Shown one piece after another: positions 24,714 through 39,899 of a stretch of DNA of 64,000 nt. The stretch covers positions 129,704,379 to 129,768,378 of the forward strand of contig NC_068982.1 of NCBI RefSeq assembly GCF_001194135.2. The letters run 5' to 3'. Below the pieces are notes generated by a model. It did not search any database. It was not told where the DNA came from and saw only the letters and a program-made list of their open reading frames with translations. The translations under genes and the position numbers were made by a program. Each line of letters begins with the position of its first letter. The stretch's first letter is position 1. This stretch comes from Octopus bimaculoides. Taxonomy: Eukaryota.

Positions 24714-24757
<44 letters not shown>

Positions 24758-24786
24758 GCGTGTGCACACACACACACACACACACA
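24714..24786. repeat. (GT)n directly followed by (CA)n, self-complementary microsatellite
   Basis: Seen directly; centre GTGCAC at 24762-24767. Confidence 0.95.
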
Positions 24787-26939
24787 AAGCCAAACACTAA
24801 ACTACTATAACCCAGACACATGAAGCATCAAGGTTTCAACAAGTTTTGAGTAACATATTTCCTCTGTGAACATAAAAAACAATTACTAAATTAATTCATA
24901 ACATTCAGTTAAACACAGAAAGCACGTTGCCAAAATTCTTACAAATATGGTTTAACATTTGTACTGTAAATGAGGAAAAAAAAAGTTGAATATTAAGTTT
25001 GAAGCTTAATTTTTGCTGACCTACTTTCATTCCACCCATGTAGCTTTGAATGAGTACAGAGGGAAAAACTATTCATTGATCTGTTATAAATGATCTATGA
25101 GTGAAACAGAATGCTGAATAACTTACTCAATAATCAATAAATTTTGGCATGAAGTTGGCATTACCTATAGCATTACTTCTTTGGTAGCAACAGTTTTGTA
25201 GCACAAAGAACTTCATGAATAAAAGACTTAAATGCAAACTTATTTCCTTGAAGTAAATAAGTTTTTTAAGACCAGTATATATACACATACACACACATAA
25301 GTATGCGTAAGTATGTGTGTGTATACATATGCTATTTTCTTTTATATGTAGTTCTAAATATTAACTAAATAATGCTGAATCTAATTTTGTTTTCTTTTAT
25401 TCTAGTATATATGTGTATTAGTCATGTGTATTTTTTCAATCTATTCCGCTTTCTTTGGTTTGTGCTGATACCATATGTTGTTTGAAGTAAATATGTTACA
25501 AATTTTAGCATTAGTGCTTACGACTTCATTGCTGCCAATTGTAAATCTAAACTGACAGTAGCAACAAGAGCAACAACCTTGTTATGCAAGCCTCAAGGAA
25601 GAATTAGAGTTTCAACTTACATTATAAATTCCATTTGAAAGAAAAAAAAATGAAGGGATCCCAGTTAGAAATGAATTTCAGCTGACAGACCAGAATATAT
25701 TAATGAAATATAGCAACTATACTATCTATATTAATAAAAAAAAAAACATTTAGTGTTAGATACATACAAACAGGGACCCTCATATTAATACATGGATAAA
25801 GAAAATTATTCTCCCACTTAATCACTGGAAAAAGAATGTGTTATACACCTATCCACATTCTTAAAGAAAAATGGAAAAGGTAACAGCAATAAAAAGGCAC
25901 AGACCAAATCCAAAAAAATCTCTACTCCTTAGAAGAATGGCTTTTAAATAAAGAAGAAAATATGCATGTGCATATATATATATGAAGACATGGGCTTTGC
26001 ATATTACATTGTAAGCTACTCATCTAAGAGGTCAATGAATGAATAAGTAGTACTAATAATAGGGTAGAGAATTCAACTGCAGGAAACTTCTGGTGCCTAA
26101 AATGTACCCAGTCTATTTTATAGGATATACACTGAAATGGCTAGTTTCTCTATAGTCTAGGTAGCAAATTACTATGATGAGTGGTGAGACAAAAGACCAC
26201 TGCAGGTTGCAAAATGAAGAACCACAGTAGGTGCTACAGTCAACAACTTGACCCCAATCTCATATACAGGTTCAACAGCCAAATCATTAGAAAAAAAAAA
26301 ATCTTTAAAGATTTTATCGAAACACACACATTTAGAAATCAGTACAAGAAAGCCAATACTTTTCTTTCAGGCCATATTTAATCTAAGGTCTACCAACATA
26401 AAATTCTATCTTTCGCAAAATCCTAAAGAAACAAAAGGCCATATCTGCTTTACACTTCTGATTCATAGAAAATTCTATTATCTAATCTATTCTGTAACAA
26501 TCACTCAAGCTCATCCTCATAGACACAGGGTCTTTAGATCCTTAAAATACTTTAAAATTTTTATATTTCTAAATAGGTAGTTTACTAAATCTTCACACTT
26601 TTTTCTAGTATATTAAATATTTTCAATAAACTTACATTTTATTCCATTTTTATTGCATTTCTCCTCTGAAGAGGATAGTAAATAATTTTAACAAAGTTAC
26701 ATAAAGTAACAATGCATTATTACATACAGTCATTGCTGAATTTTAATCATAACTTATCTATTGTGTAATATCATACAGCAGTAACCTATAACTCCAAAAT
26801 TTTAATGATAATAAAGCTTCACCTTTTACTTCATTAATTTAACTGTTTAAACTTAAATACAATTCTTAACCCTCCTCAGCTCATTCAAAAGTACCTTGGA
26901 TCGTAGGGCAACCTGCTGTGCTTGAGGAGACCTACTGAG

Positions 26940-27226
26940 TCAAGTACATCAACATCAAAATGAAAATCATATGGAAATTTAGCTGTGATACCCATGCTGG
27001 TGGCATGTAAAAAGTACCAACCGATCGTGGCCATTGCCAGCCTCCTCTGGCCCGTAAAAATCACCCACTACACTCACAGAGTGATTGGCATTAAGAAGGG
27101 CATCCAGCTGTAGAAACACTGCCAGATCAAACTGGAACCTGTTGCCATCTGGTTCGCAAGACCCCAGTCGAACCATCCAACCCATGCTAGCATGGAAAAT
27201 AGACGTTAAACGATGATGATGATGAT
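26940..27226 (+). mobile_element. RTE-LINE 3' end fragment
   Basis: CACCCACTACACTCACAGAGTGATTGGCATTAAGAAGGGCATCCAGC...CATGGAAAATAGACGTTAAACGATGATG tail. Confidence 0.8.
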
Positions 27227-30200
27227 TCACTAACTTTTAGTTACTGTACTTAATTTTCATCCACAATTGATTTTCAACTACCTTGAATTTTTGATTTAGT
27301 TTCATACCTAAAATTATCCCATTTTATTCCATGGTTTCCTCCATATTTTTTTTTTTTTTTTTTGTGTAACCTAGTATAAAGTTAATGATACACCATTTTA
27401 CCAACTATAACCATTTTTCTTTATTTTAATCCTTTTTCTTTCTTTCTTTTTTGCTGTTATAATCTTTCATTATGTAGTTTTCATCAGAAAGTATTCATTA
27501 CCAGACAATTTTCTTTTAACAGGTATTTTTTTTTTTTTTGTAATGTCTATTTGGCTTTATAATTCTATCTAAATATTCCTTAATTTATTCTCAAGTATTT
27601 TATACACAAACATACACTTTATTAATTTGATACAACCAAGTAACAGTGTTATTTTAAGAGACACATTGCCATCACGATACACTTAACTATAATTGCTTCT
27701 TTATATAAAAATTAAGAGACAATTTCAATAATTTTTTCTTTTTTTTTGCATCTAGTGTACTACAGTTGTTTATATATTGTATTCACTTCATTTGCATGTT
27801 CAGCTTTCAAATGATTAGATGAATATTATTGTAGCATTACAACTGGATGCCCTTCCTGTTGCTAACTATTATTTTCAAGTAAGAGATCTATTTCACAGGT
27901 CTTCAAAAGGTACAGGATTTGTTGACAGGAAAAATGACAGCACTGCTTGTAACTTGCAAATTTACTCTAAATTACAAATGTAAAGAAACAGACAAACACA
28001 TGCATACACACTTGCATACATATTTACAGATTTACAGCAGGCTTTGTTCAGTCTCTGATTACCAAATCTACTTGCAAGGCTTTGGTTGATCTGGGGCTAT
28101 AGTAGGTGTCAAATAGTAGGACTGAACCTGAAACCACATGGTTGAGAAGTGAACGTAATCACATAGACATGCATATATAATAATCAATGAAAGTAACATT
28201 AAAAACCATGAACACTGGCACTAAGTAACATTGAAAATCTGGGTTTGGCATGAATCTCAGGAAGAGTATGTATAGGAAACTCTCATCATCAAGATTGAAA
28301 AATCCTCACAAGAAACATATTCTGGCAGCAGAAATCAAATGTGAGCATTGCAAAGCCTTATCATAGACTACATATGTCTGTTTTTCCATGCCAGAATTGG
28401 TTTTATGAGCCATCTTAAGACATAAACTCAACCACATGAGCAAAGTCATTGTTTTCATCAATCATCACCAGAGAAACACAAATATATATTCCAAAAATTA
28501 TGTTTTCTAAACACTATTACTTCAAGATTAGCAGATTTATCAATTTATAGATCTAAAATCCTATTTGCCTGAACACCTAGTGCCATGTCCCTTTTAAATC
28601 TATCCATATAGTTTGTAACCACTTTTTCTTTTGTTTATTTTTATTTCTAAAATTTTCATATTTACCCCTAAACAAAAGTCATAAGCAGTTTTTCAAAACC
28701 AATATCCTTGAATATCCATCTTAGTTTCACAACATCTATCAATAAATAGATTTCCTATAGATTCAATGTTTATCTACATATATATTTTTGCTATTATTAC
28801 ATTGCTTGTAATTTCTTTGAATATTACTCACATATTAATAAATCAAAACGTTTTTTGTTTTTTTTTTAATTGAATACCACTGCATTGCATATTTCAAATA
28901 ACTTTTAGTGATGGGGTTTTGCACACATACATTTTATTGATTTGAAATCATGGTGTATAAGATTACACTGAATCTCTATAGATATGTTTTGTTAAAGAAC
29001 ACCATTGGCTGTCAGCCCTAATGTTATGAAACTAAAATATTTCAACCAAAACTGTAACATTTTATCTATTTAATAACGGTATAGTTTAAAGATATAAAAT
29101 TGATCTCACATCCCTTGGTTCTTTTAACTGAAATTCATTTAAAAACAATTCTTGCACATGCATGCACAAGTCTGGGCAACATTTTTCAAAGGAGACTAAC
29201 AGTTGCTCATGCATGCAACTCTCTCCTCTCCATGGTATCAAGGGAAAGATGCCAACTTAGACCGACACAGCTTGGTGTCAGTATTGATGTTGTCAGAATG
29301 CAAAGAACTAGAACAAATGCTGCAAGGCATTTTTGCCTGACCCCCTAAACAGTTCTACAACTCCACCAGTCTGGATTGGAACCTTTTTTTTTTCATCAAT
29401 CCCAAAATTATGAAAAGTAAAGTTGGCCTAAATGGGATTTGAAGCAAGAACACAGAGAGCTGGAACAGCAAAGCATTCCTATCCAATGCTCTTATGACTA
29501 CACACACATACACTACATACTGTACAACATTACCTTTATCACATTATCAGATGAAAATCACAATAGTTTCCTCACCTCCCAACAGTATCACACTCTCCAA
29601 TGATGCCAATTAGCATTGATGTTACCAGGGTATTTCCAGATCCCATTGACTAACACTGTTTTCCTCTCCATCAACCACTACACCAAACCTAGTGAGGCTG
29701 TAACATAACTACTCAAACCACACAGCAACTATTTTGTTTTACTGTTTGCTGAGTCCTTTCTCATTATATCCTTGATGAAACATTTAGAGCATGCTATGCT
29801 CCCCAATCCAGTCCAAAAATCAATGCAGTGTTATCTTTTCTAAGACCAATGCAAATTAGGTATGACATAGCAGATCTGGTTACAAACTTGCAAAATTCCA
29901 TATCTAATATACATCATTATTTTACATCTATTCTCCATGCTGGAAATATCATATTATAAGTCACTTCTTCATACACCACTCTAAAGTACTGTTTTCTTTA
30001 AATCTATTGATACATTCAAACAATTCTGTTGTCAAACATGCCAAAATCATGGAGTGTCCATCAACAGCTAATGAAAGAGAAATGATTTGTGACCTGTTTT
30101 GTGCTGTTGCATGTCCTATTCATGTCACCTATTTTGGACGCAAAAGTTTCTATCATATGTGTGTACATACATTCATAGTTTCATGGTTTAGTCAGAGAAG

Positions 30201-31777
30201 GAAGAGTAGTAACCATTACTTTCAGGATCCATATCACTCGTGACAAAGTTATTGTGGCCAAAGATTTAGCCTGAATGCATGCTTTAGAATAGACACAACT
30301 AGAAACACCTAAGGGTAGTGTTAAACCAGGTAACCAACTAAATCTACCACTATAGAACAGGAACAGCTCACCTGAGGAGCTTTTGGACAGTTTCCATCAG
30401 CTAAATTGCATACATGAAGGTTTGGCTGATCTGAGCCTATTACAGAAGGTACAGACAAGGATGTGCATTGAGATTGAACCTGAAGCTATATAGTTTTACA
30501 GCAAACAGTCACACAACCATGCCTACACTCCATGATTGTTCATGGAAATATATATACTCAAAGAGTTTTAATGCTGTCTCTGTACTATGTAGGCTACAAG
30601 GTAAATATTTTCTTTATATATTAACTGGTCAAAATTCATATCAAAAATATATTTTTTAAATTTTATCCTGAATATAGAAGAATGGTTTTGCTAACATGTA
30701 GTTATAGATGAAACAGTTGATTCTTTGACGAAAGAAAAGCTCAGAACATTTCTATCAAGCATGAATATTCTGAGAGCTAATATAGCAGAACAAAGAAAGC
30801 TTGTAAGTGAATATTTCATTTAATAAACCCTGAAGGCAGAGTATAAATGTTCAACAGAAGCTGAAGACAATCATGAAAAGGAGGATAGTATTAAAGATAT
30901 GAAATACATAAGAGATTATGCTGCAAAATGTATTTCAAGACGTCAAATGACAAAAAAAGCGGGGGGGGGGGGGGCATTGTTTTTTAAGAGCCACAGACAT
31001 TATTTGATCAGACATTGGGGAAATGGTTACAGCAGTGTCAACAATCACCAGTTTTTATATATGAATTCTAAAATTTAAAAATTATTTAGAATCATAAGTT
31101 TTACATTTAAAACAAGTTCGTCCATCTGAAGAAATAGTAATGAGATTTATGAAGAGACACACATGAGGTACAAAAGGAGCTATTTGCAAGAGACACTGGT
31201 TACACTTAAACTTAGATTAAATGATAAACGATTAACAACAAATCATCTTCATAATAGAAATTGTAATTAATTCATAAAATATTATTTGTATCATAGATAT
31301 GTGCTATATTTTTTTTAAATACATAAAATGTCAATAATGCATAATTGTGTAGTTGTTCATGACCAAGATATATTTAGCTAACATGAAATGTCTGAAGATC
31401 TTCTGTTGGCAGCACAGTCACAACTAAGCTTTTTGAAATTATCTATCCATCAGCTGTTGACAGTTGTTTGTTCTTTTATAAGGTTTCAACCTTCCCCAGG
31501 CAATACTGTTATGATCTTCTGTGCTTGCCAGCTACAAGAGAAGTGCTATGAACAACAAACTGTTGTGCAGGACTTTCATTTACCTCTCCAAAGTATTTGA
31601 TTCCATAAATTATTAGGCTTTGTGAAAGCTACTAGCCAACTTTGACGCAATCACAACTTCCGCACAACATGAACACCAAAGTGCAGTGCTAGTTTTCTAC
31701 AATGAATTAATTTGAAGCAAGAACTAAAGCTTGCTCTTTCCCTCCGTTAGATTCATTGTTTCTAATTTTAGTAATGT

Positions 31778-31808
<31 letters not shown>

Positions 31809-32109
31809 ACTGGTTCTAGTGTGATCTTGTTTGAAGAAAACATGCTGGTTAATTCACTGCCTAGATCCCAATATGTCCCAGCTTGCTCCCATTCTTCCTG
31901 TAACCCCTTGCACTCACCCCCTAGCCATCACCAGATCAACCGAAACACTAGTGTTGGGCCATCAGCAACTATACCAGCAACCCCCACAGAGTTTGTTTTT
32001 TGAGGAGGGTGTTTTTCTTGCTATTTGGTCACCCTGCAGGATTAAATGCATGTCAAAGGGCAGATGAACTCTGAAGAGTCAATGAATAGTTCAAATAAGC
32101 AACTCTTAT

Positions 32110-34670
32110 TAACTGCACTGCTTATTAAGCCCTTATAGTGGTGCTAATAATTACACTGCCTTGCAGCAATACCCACTTACAGGAAAGACCTCAGGAGTAA
32201 ACCCTAAGGATAAATCCAGAGCTGGAGTCCCTAAGACAGTTCCATGCAGTAGACAACATTCTGGCAACTCCTGCAGCCCTACTGGAGCCAAGTCATACTG
32301 GCCCCCACCCAGGGGCTACTTTCGATGAAGGGAGAAGCCATTGTGCTCCACTGGACAGCTACTGCCCACCTCAAGCTTGACATCCCCCAGCCAGTTAAGT
32401 GCTGTCCTGTCACAGCCCATCTGCTCCACTAGGCGTGTGTGGCTTAAGGAAACTAATATCCTGAATCATGGGCTGTAAACACTGCACCAAGAAAAACAAA
32501 CAACAAAAGAAACCAGTATTCAGACTTGGATGTTGGAACATAAGGACCATGACAACTAGTCTGTTAGAAGATCTTCAAAAGATCAGCAACACACATAAGA
32601 CGACAGTGATCAACAACTGCTACATCTCTGAATGGACATTGCAACACTTCAGGAAATGAGGCTCATAGATTTTTGGACCCTTCTCTGCTGAAGTTGGTAG
32701 AACTCAGCAGTGATGGTTTACAGTGGATACTCTCACTCCAGTTGCACACTTTTTATGGGCCTGTCAACCTCATCAGCACTGGTTTGATATGGGGGTTGAC
32801 AACCTGAATGAAAATGAGCAATGAGAGTGCTTGAGCTTTGTATGCTCCATAGACTATGTGTCACCGACACCAACTTCTAGGCCAAAGCTCAATACAGGGG
32901 CTCCAGGTGTCACCCTCACTCAGAACACTGACACCAGCTAGATTTGATCATCACAGAGACAACCACCTGAGGAATGTGCTCCTGACTCTGTCCTTTCAGA
33001 GTGCTAACTGTGACACAGACCACTCTCTGGTTTGCTGCAATCTCAAACTCCAACCAAAATCGATGCACTGCACTAAGCCTCCAGGCAAGCAGCATATCAA
33101 TGCTACTGCAACCCAGCAGCCAACTAAGACAAATGCATTTCTCAAGTCAATAGAAGATGCCCTCCTTGCAGACCCATTGGGAGGCAACATTCAGCAGAGA
33201 TGGGACTCTCTCAAGGACATCATCCATAGCACTGCACTGAGGGTCTTTGGGAGGAGGAGGAGGAAAATGACACAAGATTAGTTTGAGGTGAGTGTGAAAG
33301 AGCTCAATAGACCCACGGAGGAGAAGCATGCTGCCCTGCTGAAGCACAAACACCAACCCACCAGGGCAACGTTGCAAGTAATGAGATTAGCAAGGAACAA
33401 CAGGCAGAAGACAGTGAGATGCTGTGTAAATGACCACTGGTAACAACTATGTTAAGACATCCAACTGTCATTTGACATGGGCAACATTCACAGAATGAGG
33501 GTATCAAGAAAGCCATTGGTTCAGCCCAGAACAAAATAGCTCCACTCAAATCCATGCTGAAACATGCATCTGGTGTCTACCTTCACACCAGATCAGATGG
33601 TAAACTGTTTAGTCTGTTGAGGCTGAAAGCAAAATCCAGGGTTTATAAGGTACTCATAAGAGAAATGCTGTTTGCAGACAACACAGCACTGATAGCATAC
33701 TCTAAAGAGCAAATGCAGCACCTCAAGGACAAACTCTCAAAGGTCTGTCAGGAATTCAGCCTGACTATGAGTCTGAAGAAGACCAACATACTGTGCCAAG
33801 GTATTAAGCACCCCACCCATCATCACCATCAACAACTACAAGCTGGAGGCAGTCTATGAATTCACTTACTTTGGCTTTACCATCTCTGATGATCTCTCCC
33901 TGGACCCTGAGATCAGCAGGTGAATTGGATGAGCACCCTCCACATTTGCCAGGCTCACAAAGAGAGTCTATGGAAACAGAAAACTGGCCGCAAACACCAA
34001 GGTTAAAATCTATAAAGCATGGATCCTCAGTAAATTACTTTACTGAGACATGGAGCCTCTACTCCAGACAGGAGTGATGTCTCAACATCTTCCACCTTCG
34101 TAATTTGAGATGCATCTTGGATATCAAGTGGACTGGCTGCATCGCCAACACTGAAGTCCTCAACTGCACCAAGATACCCAGTATATTCACCCTGCTCCAA
34201 TAGTGCTGTCTGTGCTGGCTCGGCCATGTACATTGCATGTTGGATGGGAGGATCCCAAAAGACCTCCTGTATGGGAAATTGGCCACTGGTGCATGAGGAT
34301 AAGGATGACCTCATCTTCATTTCAAGTATGTCTTCAAATGAGATATGAAGTCAATAGATCTGGACGTCCTGAGATAGGAGAAGGTTGAAAATAATCACCC
34401 ATGATGGAGACAAATACTGCAAAAGGGGATAAAGTGAAGGGAAGAGAAACAGGAACTTGCCACCAAAGAAAAGCGCACTTGACAAAAGGAAAAATCAGTA
34501 GCGCTAGTAGAGAGCTCCTTCAAATGAAGTCACTGTATGCATGACTGCCACTCCTGTGTGGGCCTCTACAAACACAGTTGACACTGCACTTCCATCAGCA
34601 ACTGAGACAATTTATTCAGGTATAGATTCATGGTCTCTCTCGAGACCGATGGCTGCTTACTACTAGCTAT
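32110..34670 (+). mobile_element. Decayed RTE-BovB-like LINE with part of the RT deleted
   Basis: RLGCWNIRTM (APE), CDTDHSLV, GVYLHTRSDGKLF...EMLFADNTAL, PKDLLYGKLATG; many stops and frameshifts. Confidence 0.88.
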
Positions 34671-36299
34671 GTTTAAAGTTATTACAAGTAAACTCCCACC
34701 TGGCATTCAGATTTCATACTGCATAGATGACAATTTAAAAAACCCTAGTAGACACTGTGTCAGAGAAAAAAACCATGACCACATCAGTAATTGAACTTCA
34801 ATAGACAGATGATACAACAGATAATGCAGCTTCAGCAAAACAACAGACAGTTAACATTGTTGTAAAAGCATATAAAAACATGGCTACAGGTTTCAACATA
34901 AAACAAAGGTCTTGCATCAATGAGCAACCAACAAACAGGAAATAATCCAGCTATTTAGATACATAGACAGATGATGGAAAATGTGCCTCCAGTATCTGAA
35001 TAGTTGTCTATCACAAAATGCAGATATTGATGAGGAAGTTCAACACCAGATAAAATGTATTGATGCAATGTTTAGTTGCCTGAGAAGATGGTTAAATGAA
35101 AATCACGATATGAGAAACAAGCAAACCAATACTATATGTAGTGGTGTTGTACCCAATCAGTTCTATGGTGTTGAAACTTCCAGAAGTTACAGGCAAAAAT
35201 CTCAACCAGGAAATATCACACCATATATGTCTGGAAAATCATGTATATTAAGTGGCAGAACAAATAGAATAATATCCGTGTGTTCAAGCAAGCCAATATC
35301 TCCTGCACTGAAACCATGCTTATGTGACATCAGCTTTGATTGATTGCCATATCATGCAAATGACACACCATGTTGTCCAAACAGTTGTTTTACTCTCAGC
35401 TGAATAAAGAAAGCACCACACAGCAAAGAGAGCATTTTAAAGATGTACCATCATTTAATGTTCACTTTCCCATACTTGCATGCATCAGACAATATGTGAA
35501 GAGATGGCTCATTTATTATGGAACCTAATACTTCAAGCCAACATCTCAATGATAAATTTGAGTGTAGAAATCTGTGTGAAGCAACCAACACAGTACTTAT
35601 CTGCATCCAGAAGTTCTCATCTTCATCCAGACTTATGGATCTTACATTGGCCTACATAATTGCATGTGGATCCAAAGAAATTAAATCTGGTTAGCAATTA
35701 TCTCCCAACAACATATATTTATATAAAAACAAACCATATAAACAATTAATGAACCCTACAAACTGCATCACAAGCTACCTGAGTGAGGGCAATAACTCCA
35801 AAAAGTCTCCTTGCCTGGGGCAACCTTTTGAGTGCTAGTAAGCAGCACAATGAATTGACCCAGACTACACTTTATAACACATACATCAATATTGTTTTCT
35901 CTGTTGCTATGTGCACAAAAATATTAGATAGCAACAAACGTTAACCCAGTTCATGCCAGTATGGTAAAATAGACATAAAATTATGATTGTGTCTATAAGT
36001 GTGTGATGTGCATGTCAAACAAACATAGATTTTACCTCTTCATTACTCTAAATAATACCGTAGTATGACATTTGTAGTAACAATGTAAAAACTCAGTCGT
36101 TAATTGTTATTAAAGGTTATGCACCGAGTATTCATTGCTTGCTCTCTCTCGTATNNNNNNNNNNNNNNNNNNNNNNNNNNNNNNNNNNNNNNNNNNNNNN
36201 NNNNNNNNNNNNNNNNNNNNNNNNNNNNNNNNNNNNNNNATATATATATATATATATATAGGCTTTTCCATTTCAGCATGAACTGATTGGACAGGTCTG

Positions 36300-36900
36300 T
36301 TTCAATACAAAATTTTGCCACTTGTAGTCCATCTTTGTGAGGTTCAGCATCTTGAGATCAAACCTCACTGCTCATTACTACATCTTAGAACTTCCTCATT
36401 CTAGCACATACTAACACAATTTTTCTTCTCTCAAAGCACTTGCACACTTTTGTTCATGCTCCTTATTTCACTCCAGCCTTTGTATACATATAATGCTTCA
36501 TGCACAATCATAATACAATCAACCCTTCACTTTGAGAGAAGCCTTTTATTTCCTGAGGTTTTCACAGTCCTAACTTTGCTACTATGCTTTCACAACATCC
36601 AATTCCATTGTTAATCAGACCAATTAGGTAAGAGACCTATCAACTATTTCTACAAGCTTTCTAGGTACTTCAGAAAAGCTTCTTTTTCAAATACTCTAAC
36701 AGCTCACCACACCTGTACATCTATTACATACAATCAACTTATCTATCAGCCACTCTGAGATGCTCCTATGCCTTTTGTGCACTCATTGTTTACACTGTGC
36801 TTAGAGTTCCTATCTATTTCCTTTCTTCATAGTGAGTGTGGTTACTACTTAATTGATAGTAATGCTCTGTTCTTTCCTACACAGTTTTTTTAACCATCAC
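36300..36900 (-). mobile_element. Decayed RTE-like LINE fragment
   Basis: Weak similarity of minus-strand translations to the RTE RT C-terminal region. Confidence 0.45.
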
Positions 36901-38689
36901 CAGACTACAGAGCGTAGTACCTTGGCAAAAGCTTACTGTCAAAACAGCTGTTGTGTGATCATTTAAATGAATTACATATGGAGTCACTGTAAGAACAGAA
37001 ATTGTGTGAGAAGCTTTGCCTGTGTGTTGTCAATTCACAAGGAGGCTGTAATAGAGAATGTTTCCTTGATATGTGCAGGTATGTTGAGATAGGAGCTCCT
37101 GAAGGAGATAAAGTTACATGCCGTTAAAAGTTGTTTGTAAGATTACTATCTGTGAGAGAACAAATCTAATATTAAGAGTTAAGATCAAATGCTATTTAGC
37201 CATCGGTCAGCTTTGATTGAATGGATCAATGATCAAAAGCATTCAAGCAGTGACTATCCCATATTTTCATACTTTAATCTTAGGCTACATTATCCATCAT
37301 CTTTCTTTAAAGATGGAAGAACGTGATTTAAGTGATGTGGTTGTTATTTTTAGTAAATAAAATGATTATGTAGCAGTCCCACTCCCTTATAAGTTACATG
37401 TACATGATGTCTGTGTACAGACATTTAGAAAACGTGTCTGCATTACTGTGCTCTATAGTTTGAAACAAGTAGGTCATCAAGTTTTAGACTAAGTCTATTT
37501 CTATTCAAGCCAACAGCTATGAATTTCATATAAAAATATAAATGTAATCACAAATAAAAATACAAAATAAAAGGTAGTGTCTGGGTGATTAGATAAAAAT
37601 TGAGACTGGAAGGTTCACAGATGCAATAACGTCTCTATAAACCTTTCAATTTTGGTATTAACCAAAAGAAATACTACACGACTTGATATTACATAATGTG
37701 TACAAGCTACCTGACTAGATATATCATATGAAGCCAGTAAATATTGCAGTTTTATTTTACATCTGATACATGGGAAGGTGGATGGGGGGGGGGGAGGTAT
37801 GAAAGAAATGTATATAGTAAATATCCATGGAGCTTCAACTTTATATTGCATCATCTGAAAAGTGGCATCTGGTATGTAGCACAACATTGTCATTGATCAA
37901 GCACGACAAGTTACCTGAAGATGAAATACAAACAATAAGCTGTGGAACTAGTTTCAGCATATACATTTTAATTTTCTGGTTACTTTCTGCAAATATTTAA
38001 TTGAAGTAACGATTTCATTATTCCTCAGATCAATTAAACCTGCAAGAATTAATATTACTAGATAAAAGGGGTTAACAAGTACTGTCAATTTAGCCCAAGA
38101 TTAAACTATCTAGTAAAGCAAGATGAAAAATAAGCCATGTCAGTGTGAGTGGTAAAGTGTGTACAGAGCAGGTTTTGATGTTTTACAGTATCCCATTTCA
38201 GTCATGAGGCTTCCAAGTTCAAATTCTCATGCAGTTGTACTTTATTGTTATATCTAAAAATGTTACTAGCAATACATGTAGATTAATTCCTGAACAATAA
38301 CAATACTTCATGAAAACAGTCCTTGTCAAGACAAACCACTAAGTGATAATTCTGCATACTAGAAGTAACCAAATCTCTCTCAAATCAGGTCTTTCAAAAA
38401 GGGATACAGATAATGTAGAACTATGTTAAAAAAGAAATCAAGGCAATTGTTGGTCAATTTCCTTTTATGAGTGTTGGTCTTTGCACCTAAGAAATGTATC
38501 AATGTATCATTGATGTTCAGTATTTAGTTTCTCCTAGATAGGTTCTGAGTTTAAACAGAAGCTGTAGTTGGTTTTAATTCCACTAGGCGGGGGAGGTGGT
38601 ATTTGCAGTATGTATAACAAGTACAGAGGTTGAGTCAATTGAAAAATTAATAAAGTTGGAGATATGCTGTGCTTGAGAAGACCCAACAA

Positions 38690-39285
38690 GCCAAGTGAGA
38701 CCATAGACCGTGGCCTATGCCAGTGGGTGTAATCAGCCCACTTATGAGTACCCCTCATTCTTTGGACAATAAACTTTGTTTGCAAAGACCTATTGAGGCA
38801 AGTGAAATCAAAATCGCTGATGTGGCCAATGACGGTACTGCCTGATTGGCACTCGTGCCAGTGGAATGTTAAAAGCACATCCGAGCGTGATCGTTGCCAG
38901 GGCCATGGATTGGCTCCCGTGCCAGTGACACATAAAAAGCACCATTTGAGCATGATCGTTGCCAGTACATGTGCCGGTGATACATGAAAAACAACATTTG
39001 AATGTGGTCATTGCCAGTGCCGCCAGACTGGCTCCCATGCAGGTAACACATAAAAAATGAGCGTGGTTGTTGCCAGAACCGCCTGACTGGCCCTCGTGCC
39101 AGTGGCACATAAAAGCACCCACTACACTCTCGGAGTGGTCGGCATTAGGAAGAGCATCCAGCTGTAGAAATATTGTCAGATCAGATTGGAGCCTGGTGCC
39201 TTCTGGCTTGCTAGTCCTCAGTCAAACCGTCAAACCCATGCCAGCATGGAAAGCGGACATTAAATGATGATGGTGATGATGATGT
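38690..39285 (+). mobile_element. RTE-LINE 3' UTR with imperfect internal tandem units and (GAT)n tail
   Basis: Repeated GTGCCAGTG...CACATAAAAAGCACC units; ends CATGGAAAGCGGACATTAAATGATGATG. Confidence 0.85.
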
Positions 39286-39899
39286 TTTTAATGGTATCTG
39301 TCATTGCTGAATTAGTTTCACATCAGTTTTATGTACAATATATATTAGTTCTTTATATTGTATTGAAAAACCTGGCTGTCACAACTACTGATTCTTTATA
39401 ACATCTAAAGCTTTATTACTATCTCAGAAATCTACAATGTAAAGTTGTGATGTGGTTATCATTCCTATTTTGTTCCCTAAAATTAATGTAACTTAATGCT
39501 GAAAAGAAATTATTGCTTGAACAGAAGATGTATCTACGATCCATTGTATGGCTTCCAAGACTTGGATGGGAGGCAGGAAGGATTATATATTTATTGCAGA
39601 TATAGTTTTTGTGTGCTCAACAAATACAAAGTTTCTAAGTAAAATGTAGAGGGTAAATAACTATAATCATTAAGAAATAAATTATAATCATTAAGAAATA
39701 AAATGGAAAAAAGGCAATAGAAAATACAAAAACAATTATTTTATCAAAATAAATTGTTTCTTACAATTTGCAATAATTCAGTGAAAAGGAATATGTTTTA
39801 CAAACAAAAAAGAAAAAAAAGAATATCAATGCAACATCAAGTGCTTCTATTGGTTGCACATCACAGCATTTACAGGGCAATGGTGAGGCTAAGGAATTG

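Noticed and set aside
38800-39120. Regularly spaced short repeats that could be taken for a CRISPR array (also 15170-15340, 16030-16320)
   Set aside because: Eukaryotic DNA; the units are degenerate and are part of the RTE 3' UTR, with no unique spacers or cas genes.
39662-39703. Tandem duplication of about 21 bp (TATAATCATTAAGAAATAAA)
   Set aside because: Ordinary slippage event in AT-rich DNA.
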